A DNA stretch of 64,000 nt, taken from Anthoceros angustus (taxonomy: Eukaryota; Plantae; Anthocerotophyta). The notes under the pieces were generated by a model, which made no database searches, was not told where the DNA came from, and worked only from the letters and a program-made list of their open reading frames with translations. Of this stretch, positions 27,700 through 39,462 are shown piece after piece (the stretch's first letter is position 1; every line of letters begins with the position of its first letter). The stretch is taken from NCBI GenBank assembly GCA_010909165.1, contig MU008158.1, positions 308,581-372,580 on the forward strand, given 5' to 3'. A program made the position numbers and the translations under genes.

Positions 27700-30257
27700 A
27701 TGGGGCGCGGGCCGGCTCTTCTGTGGCTGGTGGCGATTGTGCTGTGCTGGAATTTGTGGAGCGTGCGAGCACAGGATTCCCCTCTGCTGTACAAGGACCC
27801 GACCCAGTCGGTGGACGCTCGGGTTAAAGACCTGCTGGGCAGGATGACGTTGGCGGAGAAGATCGGCCAAATGACGCAAATTGAGCGCTCTGTTGCCAAC
27901 GAGACTGTGATGCGCGATCACTTCATAGGTGGGTGCGAAATTTTTGTGGGTGGCTGAATTCTTGAGGTGGGCGGTGCTTGATCCTGCGTGCGTCGGTTGG
28001 GTTGGCCAGGAAGCGTGTTGAATGGCGGAGGTAGCACTCCAGGCGACACCGCCTCCGCCCTGGACTGGGCCGACATGGTGGACAGCTTCCAGAGAGGCGC
28101 TTTGAGCACCAGACTGGGCATTCCCTACATCTACGGCATCGACGCTGTGCACGGGAATAACAATGTCTTCGGCGCCACACTCTTTCCGCACAATGTCGGC
28201 CTGGGAGCCACCAGGTTTGTAACAAGACCAGTAATCCCAATTCCTGGGTTGCTGTTTCCTTCTCATTGTTGCAGTTTCTCTAACTACGGCGGGGAAATGT
28301 TGCAGGGATCCCGACCTGCTGTACAGAATCGGCCAAGCCACCGCTTTGGAGGTGAGGGCGACCGGCATTCCCTGGGCGTTCGCTCCCTGCATCGCTGTGT
28401 GCCGAGACCCGCGCTGGGGGCGATGCTACGAGAGCTACAGCGAGGATACCGAGACGGTGGAGAAGCTTGCAAAAATTGTGAGCGGCTTGCAAGGCTCGCA
28501 AAGCCCAGAAAGCAATGCCAGCCGGTTTGGATATCCGTCCGTTGAGGGCCAGTAAGTTGAACGTCCCCTCACCTTGAAGCTGTCGTTTAGTAATCCACAA
28601 CTTTCGGTCAAGCAATTCTGACACGCTGTTTTTTGTGGCTCTCAGAAACAGCATTGCTTCTTGCGCCAAGCATTTTGTTGGGGATGGGGGCACCACGAAG
28701 GGAATCAACGAGAACAACACCCAGATTTCCTTCAAGTCTCTGGTCAGAATTCACATGAGACCTTACTTCTCCGCCCTGGACCAAGGCGTGTCCACGATTA
28801 TGATCTCCTACAGCAGTTGGAATGGCAAGAAGATGCATGCCAACCGGTTCCTCGTCAGCCATGTTCTGAAGCAGCAGCTCGGGTTCAAGGTGAGCCAAGC
28901 ATTTTGATGTGCAAGCTAGGTGTGCTCGGAGCTGGTGCAGTTGGGTGGCTTCCTCTTGTTCCTTCCGACGCTGGATAAAACGTCCTTCTTGTTTCGCAGG
29001 GCTTTGTCGTTTCCGACTGGCAGGGACTTGACAGGATCACCTCCCCTGCAGGTGCCAATTACACCTACTCCGTCCTCGTAGGTATCAATGCCGGCATCGA
29101 TATGGTGAGTAAGGAAACTCAAGTCAGTGGGCAGGCAGCTTGCGTATCTCTCTCACTTCGTCACACAGCCTGAACAATGCGTCTCCTTTTGCTGCCAGGT
29201 CATGGTCCCCTACGACTACCCCACATTGATCTCGACCCTGACAGACCTGGTGAACCGAGGATTCATTTCCACCAAGAGGATTGATGATGCCGTCACCAGA
29301 ATCCTGCGAGTGAAATTCATCCTTGGACTGTTCGAGCATCCTTATGCAGACCGGTCGTATGCTGGATACCTTGGGCAGCAGGTACGCTGACGAGCAAGAC
29401 AACACCCGATCTAAGACCTCTTCATCCTTACGGTGTGACTGCTTTCTTCACAAATTCCTCACCTTCGTGTGCATCGATCTGCAGTCCCACAGAGACTTGG
29501 CACGAGAAGCTGTCCGCAAATCCTTGGTTCTGCTCAAGAACGGGAAGAACGCCAACGACCCTCCGTTCGTGCCCCTGGACAGAGCTGCCCCCAAGATCCT
29601 GGTAGCAGGCGCCCACGCCAACGACGTTGGCCTGCAATGCGGAGGCTGGTCTATCAGCTGGCAAGGAGCTGCAGGCAACAACTGGACCACCGGTACGGCA
29701 ACCCAACATCCTCCTTTCCTTCCATTTCCATCCCATCCTCCGTCTATCTGATCATACCTTCCTCGTTTGTACCAGGTGCCACAACTATCCTCCAGGGCAT
29801 CCACAAGGTGGTATCCCCATCAACCGAGGTGGTGTACGAGCCCACTCCAGACCCCTCATTCGCAGCCGACAAGGGATTCAGCTACGCCATTGTGGTGGTC
29901 GGGGAGCAGCCGTATGCAGAAACCTTCGGAGACAACCTGAACCTGACCATTCCAGCACCAGGCCCCGACACCATCACCAATGTGTGCACGCATGTTAAAT
30001 GCGTGGTGGTTCTCATCTCTGGCCGGCCGCTGGTGGTGGAGCCGTATCTGCCTATCATTGACAGCTTGATAGCAGCCTGGTTACCTGGCTCTGAAGCTGG
30101 CTACGGCGTGGCGGATGTTCTGTTTGGCGACTATGACTTCGTTGGCAAGACCCCCAGGACCTGGTTCAAGAGTGTGGACCAACTGCCGATGAACGTCGGC
30201 GACAAGAACTACGACCCTCTCTTCGCCTTCGGCTACGGGTTAAGCTACCCTGTCTAA
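27700..30257 (+). CDS. Glycoside hydrolase family 3 beta-D-glucan exohydrolase/beta-glucosidase, secreted, about 8 exons
   Basis: Signal peptide; [19 protein letters not shown]; [11 protein letters not shown]; [15 protein letters not shown]; [10 protein letters not shown]; nucleophile VSDWQG; acid/base GEQPYAET; AWLPGSE; PLFAFGYGL. Confidence 0.95.
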
Positions 30258-30875
30258 TCTGGAGCTCTCGCTTGTGTGTACATACTGTAAGTAAGTGCAC
30301 CAGATCCCTGCGGGCTCGTCTGCTGAACAGCTGCTTGTGCTGCAGTGAAAAATTTTGTATCCTTTCCATTCTTTAGGCGTCACCTGCTGATGCCATGTTT
30401 GAAAGAGAACCTAGATCCGCTTCAAGTAGCCGCATGCTTTCCATTCTGTGAACCCTTTGTGACAGCTTCTCACTCCTGCTCTAGCCGACACTTCTCAATG
30501 TTGTACAGTAGTGCTAGGAGTTTACAGATTAGGGTATTCCAAACAATAAAGTTTGTACGATATCAATTTGTATCCAGTAAACTGTGTACCAATGCTAAGC
30601 ATTAACGTTGCAAGAAATTTCTGTGCTGCACTTGATCAAACATTCTTTGGAAGGAAGTCCACCAAAGCTCAAAAAATTTGTTGGCACCTGAATCAGGAGA
30701 CAACTAATAAGAAAATGCAAAGCTGAAATTCGTGCACGCTTTGCACAAATTCGTTTTTAAGGGAAAAACGAGCTGCACATAGCCACCTGTTGGCGTGCAC
30801 TACATATGCTGACCATTTCAATTGCTGAGCTTTAGAGCAGGGCACCACTCACTGCGTAACCAGCACGCCAAATAG

Positions 30876-32293
30876 CTAATCCAAGATCTCCTTGGTGACC
30901 TGCAACTTCAGTGCACAACAATCAGTTGGTATGGAGGGAGGCAAGGCAACTGCGCAAGGTCACTTAAGCACATTGTATTCTTTGTTCACATAGCGATCAG
31001 CTGCACCTTCAGAGTAAGAAGAATCAGCTGAGTGACAGGTATCCACTGCGGAGCAACCACAGACTTCTCAGATATAGCCCCTCCTGAAGCCCCTCTGGTG
31101 GCAAGTCCTCTGTCAAACCGGAGGTGGCTCTGCACAGGAACAAGACTTAACTTGCGTCACTCTCTTCTGCATGCTCTGCTATCCCAAGGTGGAGCACAGG
31201 CATGACACGAAGCACACAAGGCTCTGAATTCAGCGTCAGAAACGATACCAGTTCACTATCTGAAGCCTGCCCATCAAGTGTTCGCTGCCCATTCAGAAGA
31301 TTGGAGTGGACATAAGTGTTCAGTACTTGCAGTACAGTCAATCCAACCTAAGCCAACAACCTTGCTGTAAACAGTCACCAATTTGTCTATGCCATGTACT
31401 CTTACATGAATTATACTGCGAAGGTGCTGGTCAACAGCCACGAGGGGTGATCTGGATGCTTCGTTGTCGACAACATTCAGGATTTGCAACGTGGAGTAAA
31501 TCTGTTGCCAAGGAGATATTCATCACATTCCTAGCAGAACAACCACGTATATGCACAGGAACATAAAGAGAGGTACTCCACAGTCCAAACACCAAAACAC
31601 ACGTAAAAAGAGAAGAAAGAGACAGTATCTAGCCATTGTGTGCGGTAATGTTCTTCAGATGCAGTCAGTCTGTAGCCTTCAGTGGAGAGCTTGAACTCCT
31701 CATCCTCCCCATACTGTGATCATACACTTCAAATCCCTCAAACACCCCACAATTCCTTTCATTGCTCGTCATCAGCACACCGGAAATAAACCGAAGCAAG
31801 CAAGAAAATGATTTGGACTGAACAGCTAACTGCAAAGCGAGCTGGCCGCGGGTATATCCTGCCAAGTATCCGAGCACAGCCGAAGACACAAATTCATGCA
31901 GCGCTGCTGCCGCCGGCCTCCCCAAGTTTTGCACGCAAATCTGCCTCCCAACACCAAAGTCTGTCAATACAACTCATGGCAATAGCAGGAGGACGTCATT
32001 GTCGAATTGTACGCCCGCAGGAACAGTACCTCAGAGAAACAGAAATGAAGAGAACGAGAGACGAGAGCCAGAGAAGGGCGGTCTCGTCTTGCAAATTCCC
32101 CTTCCCTGGCTCCGGAAGCGACCGTGAGGGCAAACCTCATGCTCTTGCCAGCCCTGAAGCTAGCTCGAGGCAGCCTGCACGGAAGGGAAGCTACCCGTGG
32201 GTAGGATCCTGGGACTAGGATCCACCACGCACGGTCAGGGATCCCTGAGGTAGCAGCGCTTCCAACGGTGGTAGCGAAGCAGGCCATTCTCAT
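30876..32293 (-). CDS. Uncharacterised multi-exon protein, possibly plastid-targeted
   Basis: A chain of AG/GT-bounded open segments: MRMACFATTVG…FSE | ICVQNLGRPAAAALHEFVSSAVLGYLAGY… | YGEDEEFKLSTEGYRL…QWLDT | IYSTLQILNV…SIIH | VLNTYVHSN…SEL | SHLRFDRGL…QWIPVTQLILLTLK | VTKEILD*. Some junctions are ambiguous and no family was recognised. Confidence 0.6.
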
Positions 32294-32355
32294 GGAATCT
32301 GGACCATACACAGAGCATTCCCACTTCCAACCCAGTATGCACTCGTGGACTTTGG

Positions 32356-32560
32356 TCCAAATGATTTAGGCCAAAATGGACATACGAACGTCGTGATTAA
32401 GCATCCTGCGCTTACATCGGTACTTAGATGGGGTCCCTAAAGGGAGTGGATGCCCTTGGTTCAAGTAGCTTAGGTACACCATGGTACACGTTGTTAAGTA
32501 CCAAGTCCCATGACCGAAATCTGTCCTCAGTGGACTTAAAAGTAAAATTCTTCTTCTTCT
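32356..32560 (+). mobile_element. 5'-truncated copy of the SINE-like element with a (TTC)n tail
   Basis: Reverse-complement similarity to 22793-23100; ends ctcagtggacttaaaagtaaaattcttcttcttct. Confidence 0.7.
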
Positions 32561-35087
32561 ACTTAGTTATTAATTATTTGACGATGGTTTAGGGTTCGTT
32601 GGATGAGGAATGCGACGTCGACAGGACGCTGGTGAAGGAGTGTAGAGTATGCCACCTCCTGACGTGCCGAATCCCCTTTCTCCTTTGCACTCTAAGAGGT
32701 AATGCCCGCTGCCCCTGCCCCTCCACGCCGCTCATCAACTCGGGAGCGTCGGGCGCCAGTCCGCTGGTCACCACAGCCTCTGCTATCGAGGACCCCTACC
32801 CGTACATGGGCTATTACTAGCTACACGGACCCCTACTCGTACACTGGCTATTACTGGCTACACATACCACTGTTAAGGATATGTTAAGGTCCGAATTCGA
32901 AATGCAGTTCTTCGTTCTTAGCCTTTCTATTGTATAAAGTTTTGAATCGCGTGAAGTTTTGGTTTGGCATTGTTGCCATCGTTGCAAGTTGAAGGGAAAA
33001 AGGAGAGGGAAAAAAGAAAACATGTAAATTGAAACTTTGATCTTTAAATAGAAAAATTCCTTGATCCTAAATGGAAAAATTCTTAAGTAAGAAATGAGAT
33101 ATTTCTTACTTCATACATAGTTGAGAAATCCCTTACTTGATATCTAATTGATAAATTTGACGCTTTACAAAGTTTCTAATATTAGGTACTTTGTACTTCT
33201 CGAGACCCAAGGCTTTAGGGTAGTCTTTCAATCTCAATCCATGCTAGCTCTATATCAATCTATGCTAGCTCTAGAATAATCTTTCCAGTATCAATCTAAG
33301 CTAATTTCAACCCAGATTTCCCTACCCACTGAAATCGAATCTTTAGACCCTATATTTTCATGAATTATGTCCTATTTTTAAAAGACACCAATTCTTGTTT
33401 AAGTTTTATGTTCAATTTTTTTCTCTATATTCCACTTTTTCTTTTTTTTCCCTCTCCTACAACTCCGAAGTAGGAAGAAGTCCATTAACGAGGGAGTCCT
33501 TGGTCAACCGGTTGGACCTGCATCGAAGGGCGATAACAGGGGACATAATCGATCAAATCCCTTATCTACCTATTGTATTATAAGATAAACTTTAAATTTA
33601 CTCAATAAATATAACTATATAATGAACCTCAACTAACTAAAATAAATGAACCTAAAAAAAATAAAGAAAGTCGTTAACCTAAGTTTTACATTGAATTTCT
33701 AATACCAATTGGCCAATTCGTTTTCACTAATCTTTTTAGGAGAGTCTATACGAAGCATACAAAACATACTGATTAAAGTTTTTCCTCCGAAATTATATCG
33801 TTTTACCAAATGTTGCAAATTTCTTCAAGGTTTCTAGAGAGTGTCTAACTTCGTACAAGCTGTGTTTTCCCAACTTCGAAGTTGAGAAAACACAGCCGGT
33901 GTGAAGAATTCTTTACACCCCATGGTGAGGTAAATCCACAATACATGCAAGTGATTGAGAGAAAAAAAAAAAAGAAGGAGATAATTTGCAAGAGGTCTTC
34001 AACACTTCACTATTTTGAAGGACCACTAATGATTGAAGAGAGATATTTTTCATATTTTGGTGAGAATGAGTTCAAACTGTATTGGGTTGCAACTTTGTTC
34101 ATCCACTATCCAACTAGTTATCCATGGCATTTGGGAGGCAAGTGCTAGACATCTAATTTTGGGCGTGAGCATGAAGAAAACAAGAGCTTATGACATGAAA
34201 CTACTACCAAGTTTTTGTCATACATTGAGATTGAGATTCCTACGAACAAGTTTACCTCCATGTTCAGGAGGAGTGACTTTGGCCTTCCTACACACAAGCT
34301 GATTTCCATCTCTGGCAGGAGTGACATTGGCATCCCCACGAACAAGTTTACATGGGCTTTCGCAATAAATTAACCCTAAAGCTCTATTAAGTAATATGAA
34401 CAAAAGTAAATCCCTATTTTGAACAAACCGATCACAACACACGCTGCATCGCCTGTCAATCTCGACAACATATGCATATAAACCGGTTCTCAAAGACAGT
34501 CCCGAAGAATATAGTACAAGTAGTACGAGTTAAAACCATTGTGGTCAATGTGTATAGCAGATACTCTTCTATCCATCCACTTTGACACTATCAATGACAA
34601 GTATTTTTTATTTTTGGCACATATTTAAACTTCTATCATTATTTTTTGGTAAAATAATTTATTAAATTTTGAATAGCTATATCACTTATAGTATGTCTAA
34701 CATATTGTGCAAAAAGAAATAAAACATTTCCACCCAAGATATCACGGAAAAACTTATTGCCTTCACTTTTCAATGTGCCTATTACTCATATGTGGTTAAG
34801 GAGACTCACCTATTCATGAGTTGTTAGCTTCCTCCTCTACTGAGTTGTCATCTCCCTCCTCTATTGAGTCGTCATCTTACTCCTCTATTTTGAACTTAGA
34901 AGTAGTTATTATTATTGGAAGATGTGCTCCCGCATATTACAATTCTGAAACACCGCATACCCATTTGAAATTGGAGGACTTATATTACAACGATGTATAA
35001 CCTCCCACTTTCGATACTGCATTGGAAGTATGTATCCCTACTAAGTATGCATCTCCTCCTCTATTGAGTTGTCATCTTCCTTTTCGA

Positions 35088-35654
35088 TTAAGCCTTATCG
35101 ATTGAGATGTCATCAACTAAGCCTATATGATTTGCAAAAAGATAAAAACATTTCCACCAAGATCTAATGGAAAAAGCTATTTCCTTCACTTTTTCAAGTG
35201 CACATCTCAAGCGTTCTAGGGTTAAGAAGTCATCATCTTCCTCTTTCGCGGAGCCGGCATTTTCCTTTTCCAAGGAATTGTTATCTTCCTTTTTTAGGGA
35301 GTTGTCTTCTTCTTCTTTTAAAGACTCATCTTCCGCATCTTCCTCTTCTTTTGCATCAAGAGCTTTCTCTTCTGTTGTATCGGTATCTTCCTTTTCTATT
35401 TCTTTGTCAATCATTTCCAAAAGGCAATCGATATATGGAGAGTGCTTAAACAATATGGGTTCTTGTGATATAGGACCAGGTGGCACACCCTTCTTCATCG
35501 CACTACCTCTAGGTTTGACTCTTTCAGGTATACGTAGATGTAGAGGAGGCAATGTACGAGACTCTAGGCTCCAAATCACATTATCCATTAATGAAAATGT
35601 GACTCTTTTCTTTAATCTCTCATTTTCCAAAGCATCATCTTTCGCATTCTCCAT
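35088..35654 (-). CDS. 188-aa intronless ORF in an AT-rich block; N-terminal part resembles the plant RRP1/Nop52 C-terminal motif, followed by acidic repeats
   Basis: KKRVTFSLMDNVIWS…LPPLHLRIP…PRGSAMKKGVPPGPI resembles the recalled plant RRP1-like tail (KKVRFS…NLVWKP…LPP…PRGSALKKG.PGPI). E/D/K-rich 8-aa repeats follow. Expression unknown. Confidence 0.45.
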   Translation of the reverse strand: MENAKDDALENERLKKRVTFSLMDNVIWSLESRTLPPLHLRIPERVKPRGSAMKKGVPPGPISQEPILFKHSPYIDCLLEMIDKEIEKEDTDTTEEKALDAKEEEDAEDESLKEEEDNSLKKEDNNSLEKENAGSAKEEDDDFLTLERLRCALEKVKEIAFSIRSWWKCFYLFANHIGLVDDISIDKA

Positions 35655-37629
35655 ATGATATAAAAAATTAGTTTCGGTAAAAATATAGTTATGAATGAAT
35701 CAAATTTTAACAAACTGAATAACTGAAATGCTTATGATGCGAACTTTTTCTACATGTATATAGGTCATAAACTTACAGCACATGATAGAGACAGAAGGCT
35801 CATATATTTAAGTTTAGACTCAAAATAGGAAATTCTATTTGTAAACCACCATAATAAATAGTATATACTTTATATGACTAAATTTGTAACAAAGTTTATC
35901 AATTTCTAAAGTTATTCCCAAGAATTACGGAGGTAAAGTTGTTTAGCACACAAACCTTCCCTCACAATTTGATTCCTGAAATGAAGGAAGTAATGAATGC
36001 ACTTAAAATCAATTGAAACACACATTAACAATCACGATTGTCATGAATGCTCAGAAAAAATGACGAGTGTGTAGTGAAGAGCATTGCTAACCTTAAGAGG
36101 AAAAACACAAGGTTAGTATAATTAAAGAACGCTTTTGATGACAATGTGCGGCCTTATATGGACAAAAAGTAAAATCCACAAGACACAAAAATGTTTACGG
36201 AGGAATGCTAACGAATCTGAAGAAACTTAACGAGAGAATTATAAAATTCTCTTTCATCTAACGAGAGAATTACAAGAATTGCACCGGTCACTCAGTAATT
36301 GAGTGTCAATAGATAGTGATCTAGCTCCAATTTTGAAGAAACCCCACAACACTTAATACTGAATGTTTGCAACTATTGCCTTTATAAGTTTCTTATATGC
36401 GGCGTAAAATAGATTGGCTCTTTGGTAGATCGAATACATCTTTTGGCAACTACCAGAATAGGAAGCAAGAGTATCTATTTGAAATTTATGGAACATCAAC
36501 TCTTAAAATCCTACCAAAACAAAGGGCAGTGGTTTCCAAAGCGAGTACCTATACAGGGTATATTTTAGATCATAGCATACTCATCTTCCAGCCAAAAAAG
36601 TCTTCCCCGGTAGAAATTTGTAGGGCTCATCAATCAAGTTGCCCCATGATATGTGTAAAACATCATTCGAAATAACTAGAAACCAGACCATAGCACTTGT
36701 GTTTACCCCTCTCACGACTAACCGGGGTGTGTCTCGGGTCGAGTCCTTTATATTTATTTATTTATTTTATACTATAATTTATAACTTTGTATATATATAT
36801 ATATTAGTTTTTAAAATATGATTCTTAATTCGTCGTACTCATTCCATAATTAGCTGCCAAAGTTTGCCACTGGTTCAGGGCATTTCAAAAAGGAGTTTCA
36901 GGCTTTCCTCGTGATCCCAGAGGATAGCGACTCAGCCAGCGTAGATTGAGCAGTTCGGCTTCTAGTCTACATATGTACATACACGCATACGGAGTTAGAC
37001 GAGCCAGCGACGGCACGTAACCGCGACGGAGGAGTTTGATGTAGAAAAGTGGAGCGACAGCGGAGTGTTCGTGCAGGTGGAGGGAGAGGGAAGGCGGGAA
37101 GCGAGGTCACGTGGGCATGTGCAAGCAGCACGGCTCCATTCGCGCTGCTCATGTCGCGGGTCACGTGGTTGTTGTCTGCAAGAGACGTGCCTGGGCGCCG
37201 GTACGGGCCTATGTCATACACCACCGCACTGCCACGGTAACGGCATGTGATGACGCACAGTATGCATAACCACGTCCCGGGGCCCGCCACCTCCCCCGGG
37301 GCTCCGCCTTGTGAAAATACATACCATATCAATACCATGTATGTCCCTCTTCATACATTTGTACGTACATACTTACATACACCACTGGACATGTACTTCA
37401 TCCCTGCATTATTGGCCGCCCGCATTCATTGCGAGCCGGCCTCACGAGTCGTTGGCCGCCGGGATAACGAGCCCTCCGGTGGCGCCGCGTGGAGATGCCC
37501 CACCCCGTTGGCGCGTTGGAGCCCTTCGCCTTCCCCCGTTCCGTGCACCGCGTCCCCGTTCCCGTAGCCCGTAGCCTGGGCTGCCTGAGAGCCACAAACC
37601 CGCGCCCGCCGGCAGCCTACAACGGCACG

Positions 37630-37838
37630 CCCCCAGGCGCCGGCCCCGGCCCCGGCCCCAGGCCCCAGGCCCCAGGCCCCAGGCCCCAGGCCAAAAGGAA
37701 CGGTGGTGGACGGAACGGGCCGCTGCAGGCGGGCCCGGGGCTCGGGTCCTCCTCGGGCCGCCCGACCAACGAATGCGAACACGAATGCCCAGTGCCCTCC
37801 GTTCCTCCGTTCCTCCGTTCCTCCGTTCCTCCGTTCCG
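37630..37838. repeat. GC-rich minisatellites (CCCAGGC)n and (CCTCCGTT)n
   Basis: 7-mer units at about 37655-37690; 8-mer units at about 37796-37838. Confidence 0.85.
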
Positions 37839-38793
37839 CGTTTCACATATTTCCGGATAATGTCGTAATCGCACATTTCCAACCACCCGTTTCTGCGGGT
37901 TTCTGCCAGGTCTGAACCAAGTACATATGTATCTGCCAAAGTATGTGGCAAATGCGTGCATAATTCCTGCTCATCCAGCAGGGTGAGCGTGCAGATCAGA
38001 TCAGCCATCGGGCCGCGGTTGCCGCATGGGATTGCCATGGCACTGTATGTGCCGGGCCCGGGGCCGGGGCCCGGGAGAGCGATGCCGATGAGAGAAGGGC
38101 GTTGTCATGACAGGATCTAGACGCAGCTCATTTTACCTCCGCATTGTTAATTTTGCTCAATATCCCGGGAAGCTGCGGGGATGGTGGGCGGCAGGCGCAG
38201 GGGCAGCTGCAAGTGGTTCCGACAATCTGTCTGATCTGTCTGTGAGAGATAGTTTCTGATGAGAGATTGTTTTCTGACAGGAAAGGGAAAATGCCGTGCC
38301 TGCTGTTCGGCAAATTTTATTCGCGCACCACACCAACCACATTTCCTGAGATGTTGGATCTTAGTAGCGTAGCACTGTATGTATATATGTTCCGTGTCGC
38401 ACTGTGCATGCATGTAGTTGCTTGTACGCGAGAGGGTGGACCCTCAAGAGGAGGCCAGGAGACTGGGTCCAGGCAGCTGCAGAGGTGCAGAGAGAAGATA
38501 TGGGTGGGACTGGGTGACTGGGTGGAGGAGGAGAGGGAATTTATTTGGGGCAGCTGGGAGCTTTGACTGAGGAATTAGCGGGGAGTGAGGGCCGAGATAA
38601 GTGGGCGACGAGAGCCACATAATTTGGGGTTGTTCCGGTTCTCCCTTGAACAGCCTGGGCTGGCAGAGGGTGCTGTTTGTTGTCGCCTGTCGGGCTGCGA
38701 GGTGATTGCAGGTGGGAAATACCGGGGACGGGAAATCCGTCTGGAGGAATCGGACTGTCCTGGGTGCTGGCCTGGTCTGGCCTGGCCTGACTT

Positions 38794-38832
38794 GGAGCTG
38801 GAGCTGGAGCTGGAGCTGGAGCCGGAGCCGGA
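38794..38832. repeat. (GGAGCT/GGAGCC)n microsatellite
   Basis: About six hexamer units seen directly. Confidence 0.85.
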
Positions 38833-39256
38833 GTTGCAGCTGGTTGGTGTGCCCAGGGTCCCCGGACAGCAGCAAGTACAGCGGACGGGAGGCAGAGCCT
38901 GCGCCTCAGGCAGAGAGTAGGGAGAGGCGGAGGAGGCGTGACTGCGAGCTCTCCCTTCGATGAGGGCTCGCATGCAGGCTGTTACACTGGTGCAGAGGGC
39001 ATTCACCGTCAGAGCTCGCTCTCCCCGCGGCACGCAAATGTCTCTCTAGCCCTGCTTCTTCCTTTGGCACTTGGCCGACTCTCTTCGTTCGCGCACACTT
39101 TGTGTGGAGGCCGCCCAGACCACCGCCGCTGGCCCAGTTCCGGGGCTGGAATGGTGTTGCTTCCTGCCACGGCCGCTGCTGCTGAGACTGAGCTCCCTGG
39201 CCATGAGATTCGGCTGCTTGGGTATCCTGGGTAGTTCGGTTCCGCCTTAGCTGAGT

Positions 39257-39310
39257 AGGAGGAGGAGGAGGAGGAGGAGGAGGAGGAGGAGCAGGAGCAG
39301 CAGGAGCAGC
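39257..39310. repeat. (GGA)n microsatellite about 150-200 bp upstream of the UVR8 ATG
   Basis: About 11 GGA units followed by GCA/GGA variants. Confidence 0.9.
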
Positions 39311-39462
39311 AGACGCAGGAGCAGGCTGGTTTAATTTTGTGTCTCCACCGGAGCAAGGAGGGCAAATGTCGCTTGCGCCGCGCTTGTGAGAAGGGGCGTG
39401 ACGAGTAGTAGGTTGTTGTGAGTGGAATCCCTGCTCTCGTTGGTGCACTGCCGTTGTGGGCC

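Noticed and set aside
27399-28392. Minus-strand 299-aa and 166-aa ORFs
   Set aside because: Antisense to the GH3 exons; no independent support.
32588-32597. Telomere-like TTTAGGG motifs (also near 23155, 53287 and 54171)
   Set aside because: Single units only; at most telo-boxes, not interstitial telomeric arrays.
32580-36965. Calling the AT-rich block a Helitron
   Set aside because: A CTAG-T occurs near 36962, but no convincing terminal hairpin, 5' TC end or Rep/helicase sequence was found.
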